From assembly GCA_051294905.1 (NCBI GenBank), contig CM119371.1, positions 41,170,001-41,234,000 on the forward strand: DNA of 64,000 nucleotides, given 5' to 3'. The first letter of the stretch is position 1, and each line of letters starts with the position of its first letter. This document shows, piece after piece, positions 50,187 to 62,966 of this stretch. The translations under genes and the position numbers were made by a program. The notes under the pieces were generated by a model that worked only from the letters and a program-made list of their open reading frames with translations, did not search any database and was not told the DNA's origin. The DNA is from Botryllus schlosseri. Lineage: Eukaryota.

Positions 50187-52963
50187 CAGACATGGGGTGA
50201 TTACTTCGTGAATGTAATCGATTGCGATTACGATTACTTCTGAATGACGCGATTACGATTACGATTACGATTACAGCAAAATCAGGAAGTAGTCGATTAC
50301 GATTACGATTACATTGTAAAAGTAATCACGATTACTCACGATTACATTTATTTTGCATCTTAGAAGTTACATTGGAAGACAATATATGGATTGCGCTGAT
50401 TGCTTTAAAAAAAGACGCGATAATTGCTTGTTATGTCATAAAGTACCCATTGCCTATTTTATAGAGGACGATTTATCGCACCCAACGATTTGCATTCTTG
50501 CCAGGTCCACAACAGTCGCACCCCAAATTTCCTAATAAGGTGAGGAGCGATCTCGAAGGGGACTCAAAAGTATTTCGTAAACCAACACAAATTATAGACT
50601 ATTTGCGAGAGATTTCATGAACTTGAAAATTATCTACGAGCATCGCGATTTAAATGTCTCAACTAGATAGCTTGATTTTGAAATACATACGCCAAGAAAA
50701 AAAGCATGTATAATTTGTAGTAATAGGCATTTAGGTGCCAGTTAATACCGCGCCACGTCACACCAAAACACATCTGCAGTTTCGGCCAACATGCGAATCC
50801 ACGAAGTGTGCTACTAATGAAAGACATAGGCCGAAACTTGGGGTATGTGTCCATTGTCAATAATAGTAATAGTAATAGGAATAGACTAATAGTCCGGTCC
50901 TTCCAATCTGAGCCCACAATGCAAATGCCACCCGGGCACCCGCAGAGCATTAAAGACATGGCAATTAGTGTGTGCGTCTCACGCACGTATTTTTTTTAGT
51001 CTGCTACGTTTGGGCCACAACAATATCTTTTGATTATACAACAGACCGGAGGTCACCAATTAACAACACACCCCAAAGTAACTAATTATTACAAGATACA
51101 AGATTTTATAATTATGAATTACGTGCCTCCAGCTCTTCAGGTAAGTCTGACCATAGACGGGTGACCGAATACGGGCCATAACCAACAGCATATCGAAGAA
51201 ATTGGGCGAAGAATTACGCAAACTATTGAACAACACGCGATAAGCCTAAAGGCGACGCAAATAACCGTTTTACACGCGATCGCAAAATTTAGTTAATATC
51301 CTGAAATATGACTACATGCATATCTCAAATTTCCCGCGTAGCGTATATATGCAATGCATATTGTCTAGTCATTCCATATACATGTACCAATATGAATATT
51401 TATTTTTACGCCTTTTTTCCTTTTCCATATGCAAATAGAACTGCCATTTCGTGTGTTTTACTACCCCCATACCCCTCCCCGAAAATATCACATCCCATAT
51501 ACCCCAACAGCGGCTCCACCAACACCACACCCTACCAAAACCACCCAATAGGAGATATCGTCATCCTGGAAATGAGAAAATTACCAGGGTCACCATAAAC
51601 TAAAATGTAAGGTAGGTAATTGGGAACATAAATATTGAAAATATCATAATTACGATGATTGGCAAATTTCTAAAAATGGACAAACCCAGAACATGGAAAA
51701 TTATTGAGATATAAATATGACTGAAAATATGAGTTCAATTTTCGTCACGCTCCAATAACACCCTAAAGACTATAAACCCAAGGACCATTTAAATATAAAA
51801 AGAATGGTGCAGGCGTATAAGACTTGAGATCTTAAGTTCAGCCATCCAGGATTCACATAGGCACGCACTATATTTCTTCTTTTCTTACTTTATTATGCTT
51901 TATCATGCACTTTGAAATAAAATCACTAAAGAGAGACCATCGGGGGCTGAGAGAGGATTAAAAATGAATAGTAATATAATGAAATTACCAATATTATTGA
52001 CGAAATTAAATCTTCAACTTGAAAATTTACTACCCTATGGGGACCCAAGAGCAACGTTTGGAGTGGAGGACGATTTGCTGTGTTTGTCCTGCCACGCTAA
52101 CATTGTATATAAGCCGATGGCTATGGCGGCAGGCCCAAATGTTGAGTAAAGAATTGTGAAATAACGATTAGCGCCCGTTTCAAGTAGAATCATATGAGAA
52201 TAAGAGAAAGTAAACATAAAATTCTGCCTACAACTTAATACAGATAATGTAATGCAAGCGGCCATTACGAGAACCAGCTCGGTTATGATATATATCAGCA
52301 GCTGTTGATTTTAATGCTTCGTCGTGGAAACCGTAATGTTTTATTTGACGAGTAGGCTACAAAATTTCAAACCTTTGTCCGGTGTACGTTCGTACTTCGT
52401 CCTACACAGGCCTACTGCTCGCCAAGCAGCAACGGTCAAACCGCGTTTAACTAAGCATAACCAAACATCAATACAAAAGTTACTATTTCAAACTAGGCAG
52501 AGTGGTGGTTAATTATCTTGCTGCGAGGTAGTGGCGTCTGGAATGTATTGATAACCTGATATGCAGTACGGTGAGTGTTCTTACAATCACACAAATGTAC
52601 ATCGAATATCTATTCACTATGTGTGGATAGCTGGATACTTCTTACGCAATGACGAGCAAAGCTAATGGTCCCTTTCTGACGTAATAATGAGCATTGGCAT
52701 TTGAAAATCTGACGTTTGTGCTATCACTAACTGGTATAATACCTTTTCCTTGTTCACGAATGTTCAGTTTATCTCATAGTCCTGTACAAATAAAAAGTAA
52801 TCGTTCTTTTGCAAAGAAATCGATTAAATATGGGAAGTAGTCGATTACGATTACGATTACTTCGGAATTTTCTCGAATGTAATCGATTGCGATTACGATT
52901 ACTTGAAAATGCTGTAATCGTCGTAATCGATTACGATTACTAATCGCGATTACCCCATGTCTG
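50187..52963. mobile_element. 2.8-kb hAT-type non-autonomous element with (GATTAC)n subterminal arrays
   Basis: TIRs CAGACATGGGGT / ACCCCATGTCTG; perfect TSD CTACTAAG. Confidence 0.95.
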
Positions 52964-53731
52964 CTACTAAGTAGGGGCTACTATGTAATAAGCGAGTGTT
53001 TTTGCAGTGGCGGAAATTATCATCTCAAATCACATGCGGCCATGAAATCTCCAACCTAACGACAATTTTAATTATCACCCTAATTGTTTGCGAGACCGAT
53101 CACACAGACCGGTTTCAGCTATAGGGTTAACATACGTCCTCCATTAGGAGGATTTGTCCTCACTTCGCCTAAATTGCCTAAAACGACCACGAAATAGCCT
53201 ACGTTACATTTTTGCCTAACAGGGAGATGATGGGATTTGTACAGTCAAATCAGAAAAAATGATATTTTTTCAGTCAGCACCTGTAATAAAAGGTGAAAGC
53301 GGGTATTTTGGGAGTCAAATGGGACAAGATGACCTTATCTCGATAAAAGTGTGTTCCTTTTCCGATTACAAAATATGGTTACCCTACTTTAGTGTAACTG
53401 CCACTGGGGGACAATTTTCAGATCCGATTGCGGGGATCATAAAGTTACCCAGAGGATGCTAATAGTCCGACCAAAACTGTTAATTGCGGCGCATCAAGTA
53501 GGTTAAGCTTTCGCTTGATGATTATCCCGGGTCGTGTGGTGGTAATCTCAATCCAGCAGCAGCGAAGTATGTTTCCACGATTAACAGGTTTTAATCAGAC
53601 GATTACCATTCTCCCGTACGCCGCAGGTCTCATGTGATAGGGCTGTGCATCTAATGTGATGATTATGAGTAGAAATTATCTGAAACCTGCACCGCCCGAA
53701 GCTATTGGCAACTGAACACACTTATCACTTC

Positions 53732-53879
53732 CTCATCCGCTGAAGCGGTGTCTTACCAGAGGTGGGCCGTGCTATAAGTCGTCACTCGTCAGTTACGGAA
53801 TAAAAATGAAGAATATCGGCCTGGTGTAAATGACCTTAGTAATCGACAATCACCATGAATACCTCAAAACAAACAAAGA
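53732..53879 (+). mobile_element. 5'-truncated SINE copy
   Basis: 14-bp TSD ACACTTATCACTTC (53718-53731, 53880-53893); AAAC tail. Confidence 0.85.
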
Positions 53880-56593
53880 ACACTTATCACTTCAAAATTT
53901 CCCACGCGAGAACAAGCAAATATTTCCCTGGCAGTAACAGTGAATGACTCAAACAAAAGTGTGATTGAATCGATGATATACAGAAGATAAGCTCCCAGCT
54001 ATGGGCAGTTGGGCACACAAAGTTAATTAATTTCCGTTGCTCTAGGGCAGGGGTTCCCAAACTTTCTACGGTCGCGACCCCAAATTTCGATTTGAAAGTG
54101 TTTGAAAATGTTTCACTACCCTATGCCTATCAATATTATTACAATGCCGATTACTATGTGTTTATTTACGTGATTATTACGTATGAATGTGTCAGCACAT
54201 ATCACTACCTGAAGGAAATACAACCTGTCTATTGTTTTTTATCTTCCCGACAGTTCAATAGTTATGATAACCAGATACCAACCTTGCGTCATAGTCGGTG
54301 GCGCTTTAAATGACGCTTCGACTGATCTGGTACCTTGTTTGCCGGATTCGCATTATGTTCAGAAAAGAGCCGCCGATAGCACCCGCTTAATTGACATTTT
54401 TCTAATATAGTCATTAGTATTATATTTTCGGCTCCGCGACCCCAGAGAATAGACAAACGACCCCGATTTCCTGGAAAGTAGGACAAAATCCTCCTGAAGC
54501 TGCATGGACTATATGGTATGATCGATTTACCGGACTGAGTCATAAATAACAAACGATAGCTTCATCTTCTATACGACTTGCTGTCGTGGTGATGCTATAT
54601 CGTAGGGTTACCTTCATCATACGTCCTCTTTTAAGAGGATTTGTCCTGTTTTTGACTTTTTTGACTGTCTTCGGAGGACGCCCATTTGTCCTCTTTTTTT
54701 TGAGATTTTGTCCTCTTTTTTGAGAATTTTGGTCAATCTTACGGCCAAAGCCAAATTCGACTGAGACGCCGTAAATCGGCACCGAAGTAACGCTTCGGTG
54801 GGTATTTCGGGAGCTGAGCCGGAAAGTTGACCTTTTTTTAGTCAACCACCTGATAATGTAAAAGAAAACTGTATTTTGGGCACTGAGCGAGAAAGATAAC
54901 TTTTTTAGTCAACCAACCACGAAATCGAAAAAATTCACCATTTTTCAGGATTTCCTCCGGTTTAGCAAGTTTGAAAAAGTGACGTCTTTTCAGATTTCCA
55001 AAATATGGTAACCCTTACTATATGGCCGTTTCGCAGAAGCCCGCTCTTGACATTTTGTCTATAGCAGGCGCCGGCAATCTTTTGTGTGCAGCGTGCCAAA
55101 ATATGTTTATCCAAAAGTATTATAACTGGTGTGCCAAACATTTATAGTTTTGTCATATTTATCGTTTCAAGCAAGGAATTTCAACAACCACTTATCTGAA
55201 GCTGGCAACAGCATCCGTTACGCCAGTGGTTCTCAGAGTATGAGTCGCGAAAGGTATAAATTCTGGTCGCTACCGCGCAACAGCTATCAGTTGATGTGCA
55301 TATTATTTGCGTAATTTATTGAAAAAAACTTTATTCGCGGTAAGGATCATCTACTGTGGTTACTTTTAGTAGTTTCTGTGATCACTACCTTGGCCAATAG
55401 CGACATGCCTTTCAACGTTGTTACGACGGTATGGCTTGATCGTGAAGAATGTACTACCGCCGTATCACACAGTTCATTTTAACACATAGGTTTGTCTAAA
55501 AATCTCTATAAAGATAGCTGTTCTAAATATATTGGAATCACTAACACGCATCAGACTAAACTATATGGAATAAAATATCCTTTCGTGAGACGAACGCGCA
55601 TTTCGTCGCGGGGCTCATTATTTTCATTTGAGGGTCTAATTTGCACCGTGCGACTCAGGCTGCGGGCACAGGACTGTTCGGCCCCGGTCATTTCGACGCC
55701 TGGACTGGTCATATCAATATCGAACGTTTTGGCCACCATGCGGCGTTTATATTTAAGTTTAAGGTTTTATCGCCGCCAATCATTTCAGCAGCGCAGTTAA
55801 CGGAGTCGCAAGTTTCCCAAAATGTTATGTGCTGGTGTCTCCTAGCATCGAAACACCCAGTGCCGAATAGAATGTTACTAATAGTCGCACTCCTACGGGC
55901 TGTATAGAGAGACAAAAGCATCCCAACGACCGCATACGATATTAGCATGTAATTCTTTTTTCTCACAATTGCTAATACGTTTGAAGTCATCGGTGTATAT
56001 TAAGCATCTCTTGTATTTTTTCGATGTATTTTGTGGGTGAAGCGCGGGGAAAATTTTCAAAATAAATATAATAATAATAATCAATTAGAATTCTAATTAA
56101 TAGAATCTGCCGCTAAAGACTCTACTTTATAATAATTTACAAAATAATTTTGGCCACATTCGAGCATTTCCATTTTAAATATTTCCGTTAGACTTTTCGC
56201 CATAACACAAACATGATTATATTTGGCGTGCCATGAAAAATCACCTCGCGTGCCACAATTGGTTGCCGACGTCAGCTGCTATACAGTATGGTATATTTAA
56301 TCCATATAGTGAATAGTTTATCATATCAAAGTGCGTGGTTGGTGATGCACTGACACATTTACCAATATGTAAACCCAAAATGGTAGCTATGATTCAGTTC
56401 ACTTGTTTCTCATCACATTAGCGTTCTTCACGCGCAGGCTACGTCAGAATCTGCAACGCATATCCACAATTGAATGTGGGTATGGATAGAAAATACATAA
56501 ACAGTAACATCAGTAAGTTGTGGAGCTCGGTTTCCCTCTCTCCTATGTGTATGGAGCAATACTACATCACGTGGCTTATCGCATAGTTATAAC

Positions 56594-58412
56594 TAGGGCG
56601 GGGCACAATGATTCGAGTACTCGAATCTGAATAGAGCAGGGATCACCAACCCGGTGCCCGCGGGCACCGGTTAGCCCGCGAGGACAAGATGACTAGCCCG
56701 CGAGGCCATTCTAAAAATAGGTGGAATAACAGCAATTACCAATATTCGTCAGATTATTACCAATCAGCTTTTACATATATAGATCGATCGATTCAGCCAT
56801 TCTTGTTCAAAACACACTAACATGTAACTTACTTATATAAACACTTATCTTCCATTACAATTAGTAACATATAGATATGTGATAGAATCACCATAAATTC
56901 GAGATACGGCGCATTGCCTATACAGGTGACATGACGGAATGCCATTCACGGTCTTCTTGAAATGGCGGGGGTTTCCGTTATGATAGCTCGACGTCCAGGA
57001 CAATGCCAAAGTAGTAAACAATATTACTATTCGGAGTTAGATGGCCGTGAAGTACTAGCAGATTGTGAATATCTGTATAGTGCGACATCAGGTAGTAGCC
57101 GTCGGTTAGTCTGCGATAAGTATACGGCAAGTCCGTGGTCAACGGATATCCGCTTACAGTTTATACTTAACTGGCACTTCCGCAGTAGCTGACACGAACG
57201 TCCTGTGTTCTGTGTAGTTCTTGACTGTAGTTCAATAGACACAAACAATTGCCTTTTCCAGATATATTGTACGGGTTGAGAGTAATTTGGATAGTTTAAG
57301 CAGTAAGTACAGCGTACATGAGTCTCGTATAAATCTGAGTCAATCTTTGATATGCACTGGGTTATAACTATGCGATAAGTCACGTGATATAGCATTCTAC
57401 CATAACAGATATAGGAGAGAGAAGGGGCCAGAGCCCTACAATAGTGTATGCACATTACGTATTGCATCTTTTGACACAGCTTGTTTCTGTTACACTCGAC
57501 GCAGTTTAATATACCATGTTTCTAACTTTCCGTAATTGTTGCTGCTGTCCGGTATAATGAATTCTTGTCATTCCTGGATGCTGAACTTTGGGAGATTGAA
57601 ATTGTAACACTGCAAAGTGACCCCCACCTCACTGTGCAGCAACGTTTGGTGCATTGTTGATACGGAAAAGTACAGTGGTGTAATCACTCAGAATTGCAGT
57701 GTCAAGTTAAATACCAGAGTACAGCGCACTAGTTGATATCATACAATGCCAGGCTTCCCACTGACTGCTATAGAAACAGACGACATGATGTCCAGTCCTG
57801 CCCAGTGCTATGAATATCAAAGCAGAAATTCAGTGTGGTACGGGTAAACAGTGGGAGTAAATAGTAGCTCGCCGCTTCAATCACTACGCAAAAGTAGCCC
57901 TCGGTTGCAAAAAGGTTGGTGACCCCTGGAATAGAGTATTAATTTTAATGATTCGAGTCGAGTAGTAAAAAAAGTTTTTTTCGAGTACTGGAATTATACT
58001 CTCCTCGCCACGAAAGTTAATTGATCAACCAAATTTATAGTTTCGGTACTAATTTTCACGGTTGAAGCCTTAAAAATTTGATCGGCCGTATCGTAGCATG
58101 CGAGACATATAGTACAGGCTACGAACGAAGGTTACTGGAAATAGCACATTTTCGAAGTCATGATCATCCCACAACATTGTCACCAAGTTCAATGAAATCG
58201 GTACGGTCGAAAAAATACCAAAGTATCTTTAATGTGATGGATAACAGGCAATATATTCTTTCTGGTCGCATAAAAGGTACATATTTGAACTTTGACATAT
58301 TACATTCTGTTACGACGTCATAATGAGTGTTACTCGATTACTCGACTCGACTCGAAGCATATCACGTGGTTCAGAATCGAATCACTCAGGTACTCGATTT
58401 TGCCCAGCCCTA
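56594..58412. mobile_element. AGGGCTGGGCA-family MITE with nested hAT MITE
   Basis: Ends TAGGGCGGGGCA / TGCCCAGCCCTA; perfect TSD GTTATAAC; body matches 45097-45609. Confidence 0.9.
56637..57928. mobile_element. hAT-type MITE (nested)
   Basis: TIRs CAGGGATCACCAAC / GTTGGTGACCCCTG; perfect TSD GAATAGAG. Confidence 0.92.
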
Positions 58413-58647
58413 GTTATAACCGAGCGCATATCGCAGACCATCCCTTTTTATATATAGAGACTCATGTACGTCGTATAACCTACTGTTTGAATTACTACCC
58501 TTTCGTCCAATACATATGGAAAAGGCAATTGTCGTCTATTGAACTACCAGTCAAGAGCTACACGCAGAACATTCGTATTCGCTACTGCCAGTTAAGTATA
58601 TTGGAAGCCGCTATCCGTAACAAAGGCTACGGACTTGCTGTAAATAC

Positions 58648-60699
58648 CAGTGGCGGCTCGTCCTATAGGGCAACTGGGGCATTGCCCCACCTAAAATTCT
58701 GCTCAATAACACTTCCTTACCATTTATAGACGCACAGCAATCTATATATACCGGAATCATAGCGAAAATCGTATTCTTATTGTCCTTTCGCTTGTAAATG
58801 CCCATATATAGCGAAGTCTCTACGAAAATCGAATTGTCTTCGTGTTTTCGCGTTTCGAATGCCTAGCCGGGGCATGCCCCGGTAGCGCTCATAACAAGCT
58901 TTCACTGTCTATTCTCTCAAAGCCGCGCACAATAAAGAAAGACTGATTTATTCTCTCCTATTCATAAAATTACCGAGCAGCTTGGGCAACATAGCCTGGT
59001 CTCCTTTAAGGTGTGATGTAACAATCGTATATCTATATATGAAGTCGGTTACCGTCATATGCGTTCAGTCGACCTTTGCTGGTATAGGTCGATTTTGATG
59101 GTGTTTCACACCATGATAATTCTTGAAACTTGGTATGTCATGTCGTGATGGTGATATTTAACACTGTCCCAAGTTTCAGGGTTTCTACTTAAAGTTTAGG
59201 GTAGTAATTCCGTTTCCGAAGTTGAGTGTGTGCTGATCCGTTCCATATCGCAAACAGATTTTACTCAAAAGCTGGTATTGGTATCCATTGATTTTGACGA
59301 TGTTCCATACCGAGATCGGTCATGACATTTTTTACGGTAAAGTCTTAATGTTAGTATCGAACGCTGTACCAAGTTTCAAGTTTGTCACTGAACTATGTAG
59401 TGGTAATTTCGTTTCCTAAGTCGAGTGAGAGCTGACTCGTCATTTATCGCAAACATATTTTACGAAAAGCCGGTATTGATCCCTATTGATTTTAACGATG
59501 CTCCATACCTAGATCCGTCATGAGCTTTTGCATGGTATGTCTTGATTTTAGTATCGAAAGCTGTGTCAAGTCTCAAGGTTGGCACTCAATGATTAGGGCA
59601 GCAATTTGGTTATCAAGGTCGAATATGGTAGAGATGTGCGCTGATCTGACACTTGGCCTACCTAACGCATTGCGGATTTCACGCAAAAGCCGGCGTATCT
59701 GCGTTAACGCTAACTGTATTCCATACTGAGATAAGTGATGAGTTGATGATATCATGAAACAGTTTACTAACATCCTCGGTTTGCATTCAAATATTTACTT
59801 TTATTTTATATTCTCCAATGTCAATTTCACCGTGGAATCGTGGCCTTCAGCCATTTGCTTTTGATTACAACCCCTGTCAAGCGCGATAGCTGTTTCGTTT
59901 TCGATGGCGGCTATAACAGCAGATCGCTTGATCAGCCTATTCCTCAGTAAATTTTACGCAAAATTCGGTGTTGGTCTGTTCGTATTAATTTTGACAGTGT
60001 ACCATATACCGAAAACGGTCATGAGGCTACTTCTCGATGATTTCATGTAACAGTGTACCAAGTTTTCGGCTTTCATCCACGTATTTATTCGGTAATATAT
60101 TTTCCAAAGGCGATTTTGCAGCAGACATATAGACAGTTAGACACTCGTAAGCCGTATGTGTCGTGTGACAGTCTCCAGCCTCAAGGCAAAATCTCCTATG
60201 CTGTACCGGGACCGAATTTCCGAGGCTACTATCAGTAGTTCTTCAAAATGATGTTCTGGATTCAATATGACATGCCCAATCTATGAGATAACGATTGTGT
60301 ATATGTGTCCGAACTCGTTGACCTTTCCAGTTAGGCTTACGTAATCTCCCGAGTTATACTCATTTCTATAGGACACTATGCTCATTTCCATTTCTGCAGA
60401 TAATTAGTCAGCTATAGTGCGAACATGAACCGTGTCGAATCTTTGTTCCGTACGCCGTTTACGCAGTTACCACACTTCAAGTCACAGCTGAGCGGCAGAC
60501 CTCTCGCGGCACATACGTTAAAATCACTGTTGTCGGGAAGTTCGTGTTTCCGTACCACTATAGAGGATGTAGTCCTACATCATCTATAGTACCACCAAGT
60601 TACTTGTTTAGGTTGGAAAACGCCATTGTGACGTCATGTTGATAAAAAGTCGCTTGCAGCCCTTGCCCCAGCACCCGATATTGTCACGAGCCGCCACTG
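58648..60699. mobile_element. hAT-type non-autonomous element, 2.05 kb
   Basis: TIRs CAGTGGCGGCTCGT / ACGAGCCGCCACTG; TSD GTAAATAC/GTATATAT. Confidence 0.8.
59032..60238 (+). repeat. Diverged ~200-bp tandem array, possibly inside a Helitron-like element
   Basis: GATTTT(G/A)A at ~59090, 59290, 59488; CCAAGTTTCA at 59169, 59369; further unit near 59985-60070; starts TCTATATAT. Confidence 0.6.
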
Positions 60700-62966
60700 G
60701 TATATATCATCGCAGAATATCGGACAGCCCCTTTCACCGCAAACTGAATACATTTGCTCTGCACTACATGTTGGTCGGTGCAGCTATACGATTCGGACCA
60801 CGCGATCGGATTGCGAAGTCGATAGCGCATTTTGTCACCTGCGATTGTCAGATAGTGATGATGAAGCGAAGTAATCTGTGCCTCACCTGATTAGTGTTCC
60901 GCCGCGCTGACATTGTACGTACTGGCTAACTTCACATTCCTTTGTGATTTGGGGGAGGGAGGTTCTGATGCTCTGTCGATATTAACTATTAAATTTCGAA
61001 ACCAGTGCGACGATATCATTCGATTAATGAGGTGATGAAATTTTCTGAATAAACTAATATCAGCAGTTATATATTCTGAGCTGTTTTTGAATTAATGACG
61101 CTATCCTAGGTGTTGCTTGGCTTTTCTGTGGCTCACTTCTCCCTCAACACTATATTTTGGAACAATAAAAGTATGTGGTTTTGGGTGTATTAAAATGTTA
61201 ACTATTTAGTCATTCATGAATGTCGCGATGTTACAATCATTGACGGTTTCATAATTGCCTTTTAGTCATCCTGACTGCAGGTGGGGCACTGTGTTGTTTG
61301 ACCGAACATATGGATCACGGACTGCTACCATTCATCGGCATAAGATACATATAAGTCAAGAACAACTCACGTATCACATTTATTATTAATTTATCTTGAT
61401 CAAAACATTACGAAACTGCAATACAATGAAAAGTTGAGGCATGCACATTGCACACTTAATGAAAGTAATAGAAGAGAGCATAAAAAGGATAAGGGTGAAA
61501 ATGAGGTGGCGCGTGTCGAGGTCGATATATTTAGACATTGGGTCTGATAATATTGAATTTCTCCATCGCAAAAGTAGCTGAAAGTACAGTGCCTCATGTA
61601 AAGAAGCCTTTGCATCAGCAGATAAGCCTAATGGATCTTCTTTCCACAAAATGTATCGCAGCGACCTTATTTCATGCCTGAAATAGCTTGTCAAATTGCT
61701 ATTCGGTCGACCCAACGCCTTATCGAACCCCGTCCAAGCATAGTCATAAATACGCACGTCGGTTTGAAATAGATTCCATTGCTCTCATATAGTAGGCTTT
61801 CCATACGTCCTCGTTTATAAGGATTTGTCCTCTTTTTGACTTTTGGACGCCCTTTTGTCCTCTTTTTTGAAAATTTAGGTCAGATTTAGAGCAAATTGCG
61901 AGTGATATGCCGCAAATTAGCACAGAAGTGAAGCTCCGGCGGGTATTTCGGAGTGAAAAACGATGATTTCAGCTCGGAGCGAAAAGATGACCTTTTTTTT
62001 AGTTAACCGATCACAAAGTGGGAAAAATTAACCGGTTTTTGAGAATTCTACTCCGGTTTTGCAAGTTGCTAATTTCTGAAAAAGTATCCTCTTTTCAGAT
62101 TTCCAAAATATGGTAAGGCGATCATATAGACACATTTAACCTAGATATAAAATACTTCGGAGCAATGAAATTCAATGCATAAGAACGTCTACAGCAGATA
62201 ATGTAAGTCTCAATCGTCTACAGATTTTTGAAAAACTAAAAACTGAGCAGAATGCTAAGCAAGTAATCTCGCGTTTAGGACTGCTCGTTGTAACCAAACC
62301 CACGGATCAGTGCCCTATTGCCATTATTGGTATGTAAACCCGTCTCTCCAAACATATTAATTTGTATCCGACGCGTACATGAAAAGGAGAATACATAATA
62401 GGCTATAAATCAACACTAAACAGGTATTTATTTCCTGATGGGATGTGACAACGACCAAGTCACGTGTTCATAAAATCTAGACAGGTTTCATAAATGTCAT
62501 TTCACAAATGAATGATACAATTCATGCTACAATTTTCATCATTTTAATGCACAAGACTGCGATACAATGAAAGATAGGAAGGCGTCGAAACGACTTGGAG
62601 TAGTCTTTGAAATCAGACACCCACCTGGCCTAGACGATGTAAAAAGGAGGCATGCACACTGAATGACAAGTAAAAAAAAGATAATAGAAAAGGACAGGTC
62701 ACAAAAAAGGTGGCGTGTATCGAAAGGTGAGATCGATGTCAGGTCGTGGACCTGTATACTAGAGGATTAAGAAGTAGTTATTCAGTAGAAATTGTCAGTA
62801 TTTCAACTTGAATTCTCCATAAATAAAGCGTCATACTTGACTGAATGTTTCGAAAATAAGACAGGTGGTTGGCCAGACGGGAGACTAATTTCCAGAACAG
62901 TAGCTTCCCTTCCTTCCATTACCCACAGATGATTGCTTTGAGCATATTTTTACACAAATCCCCATA

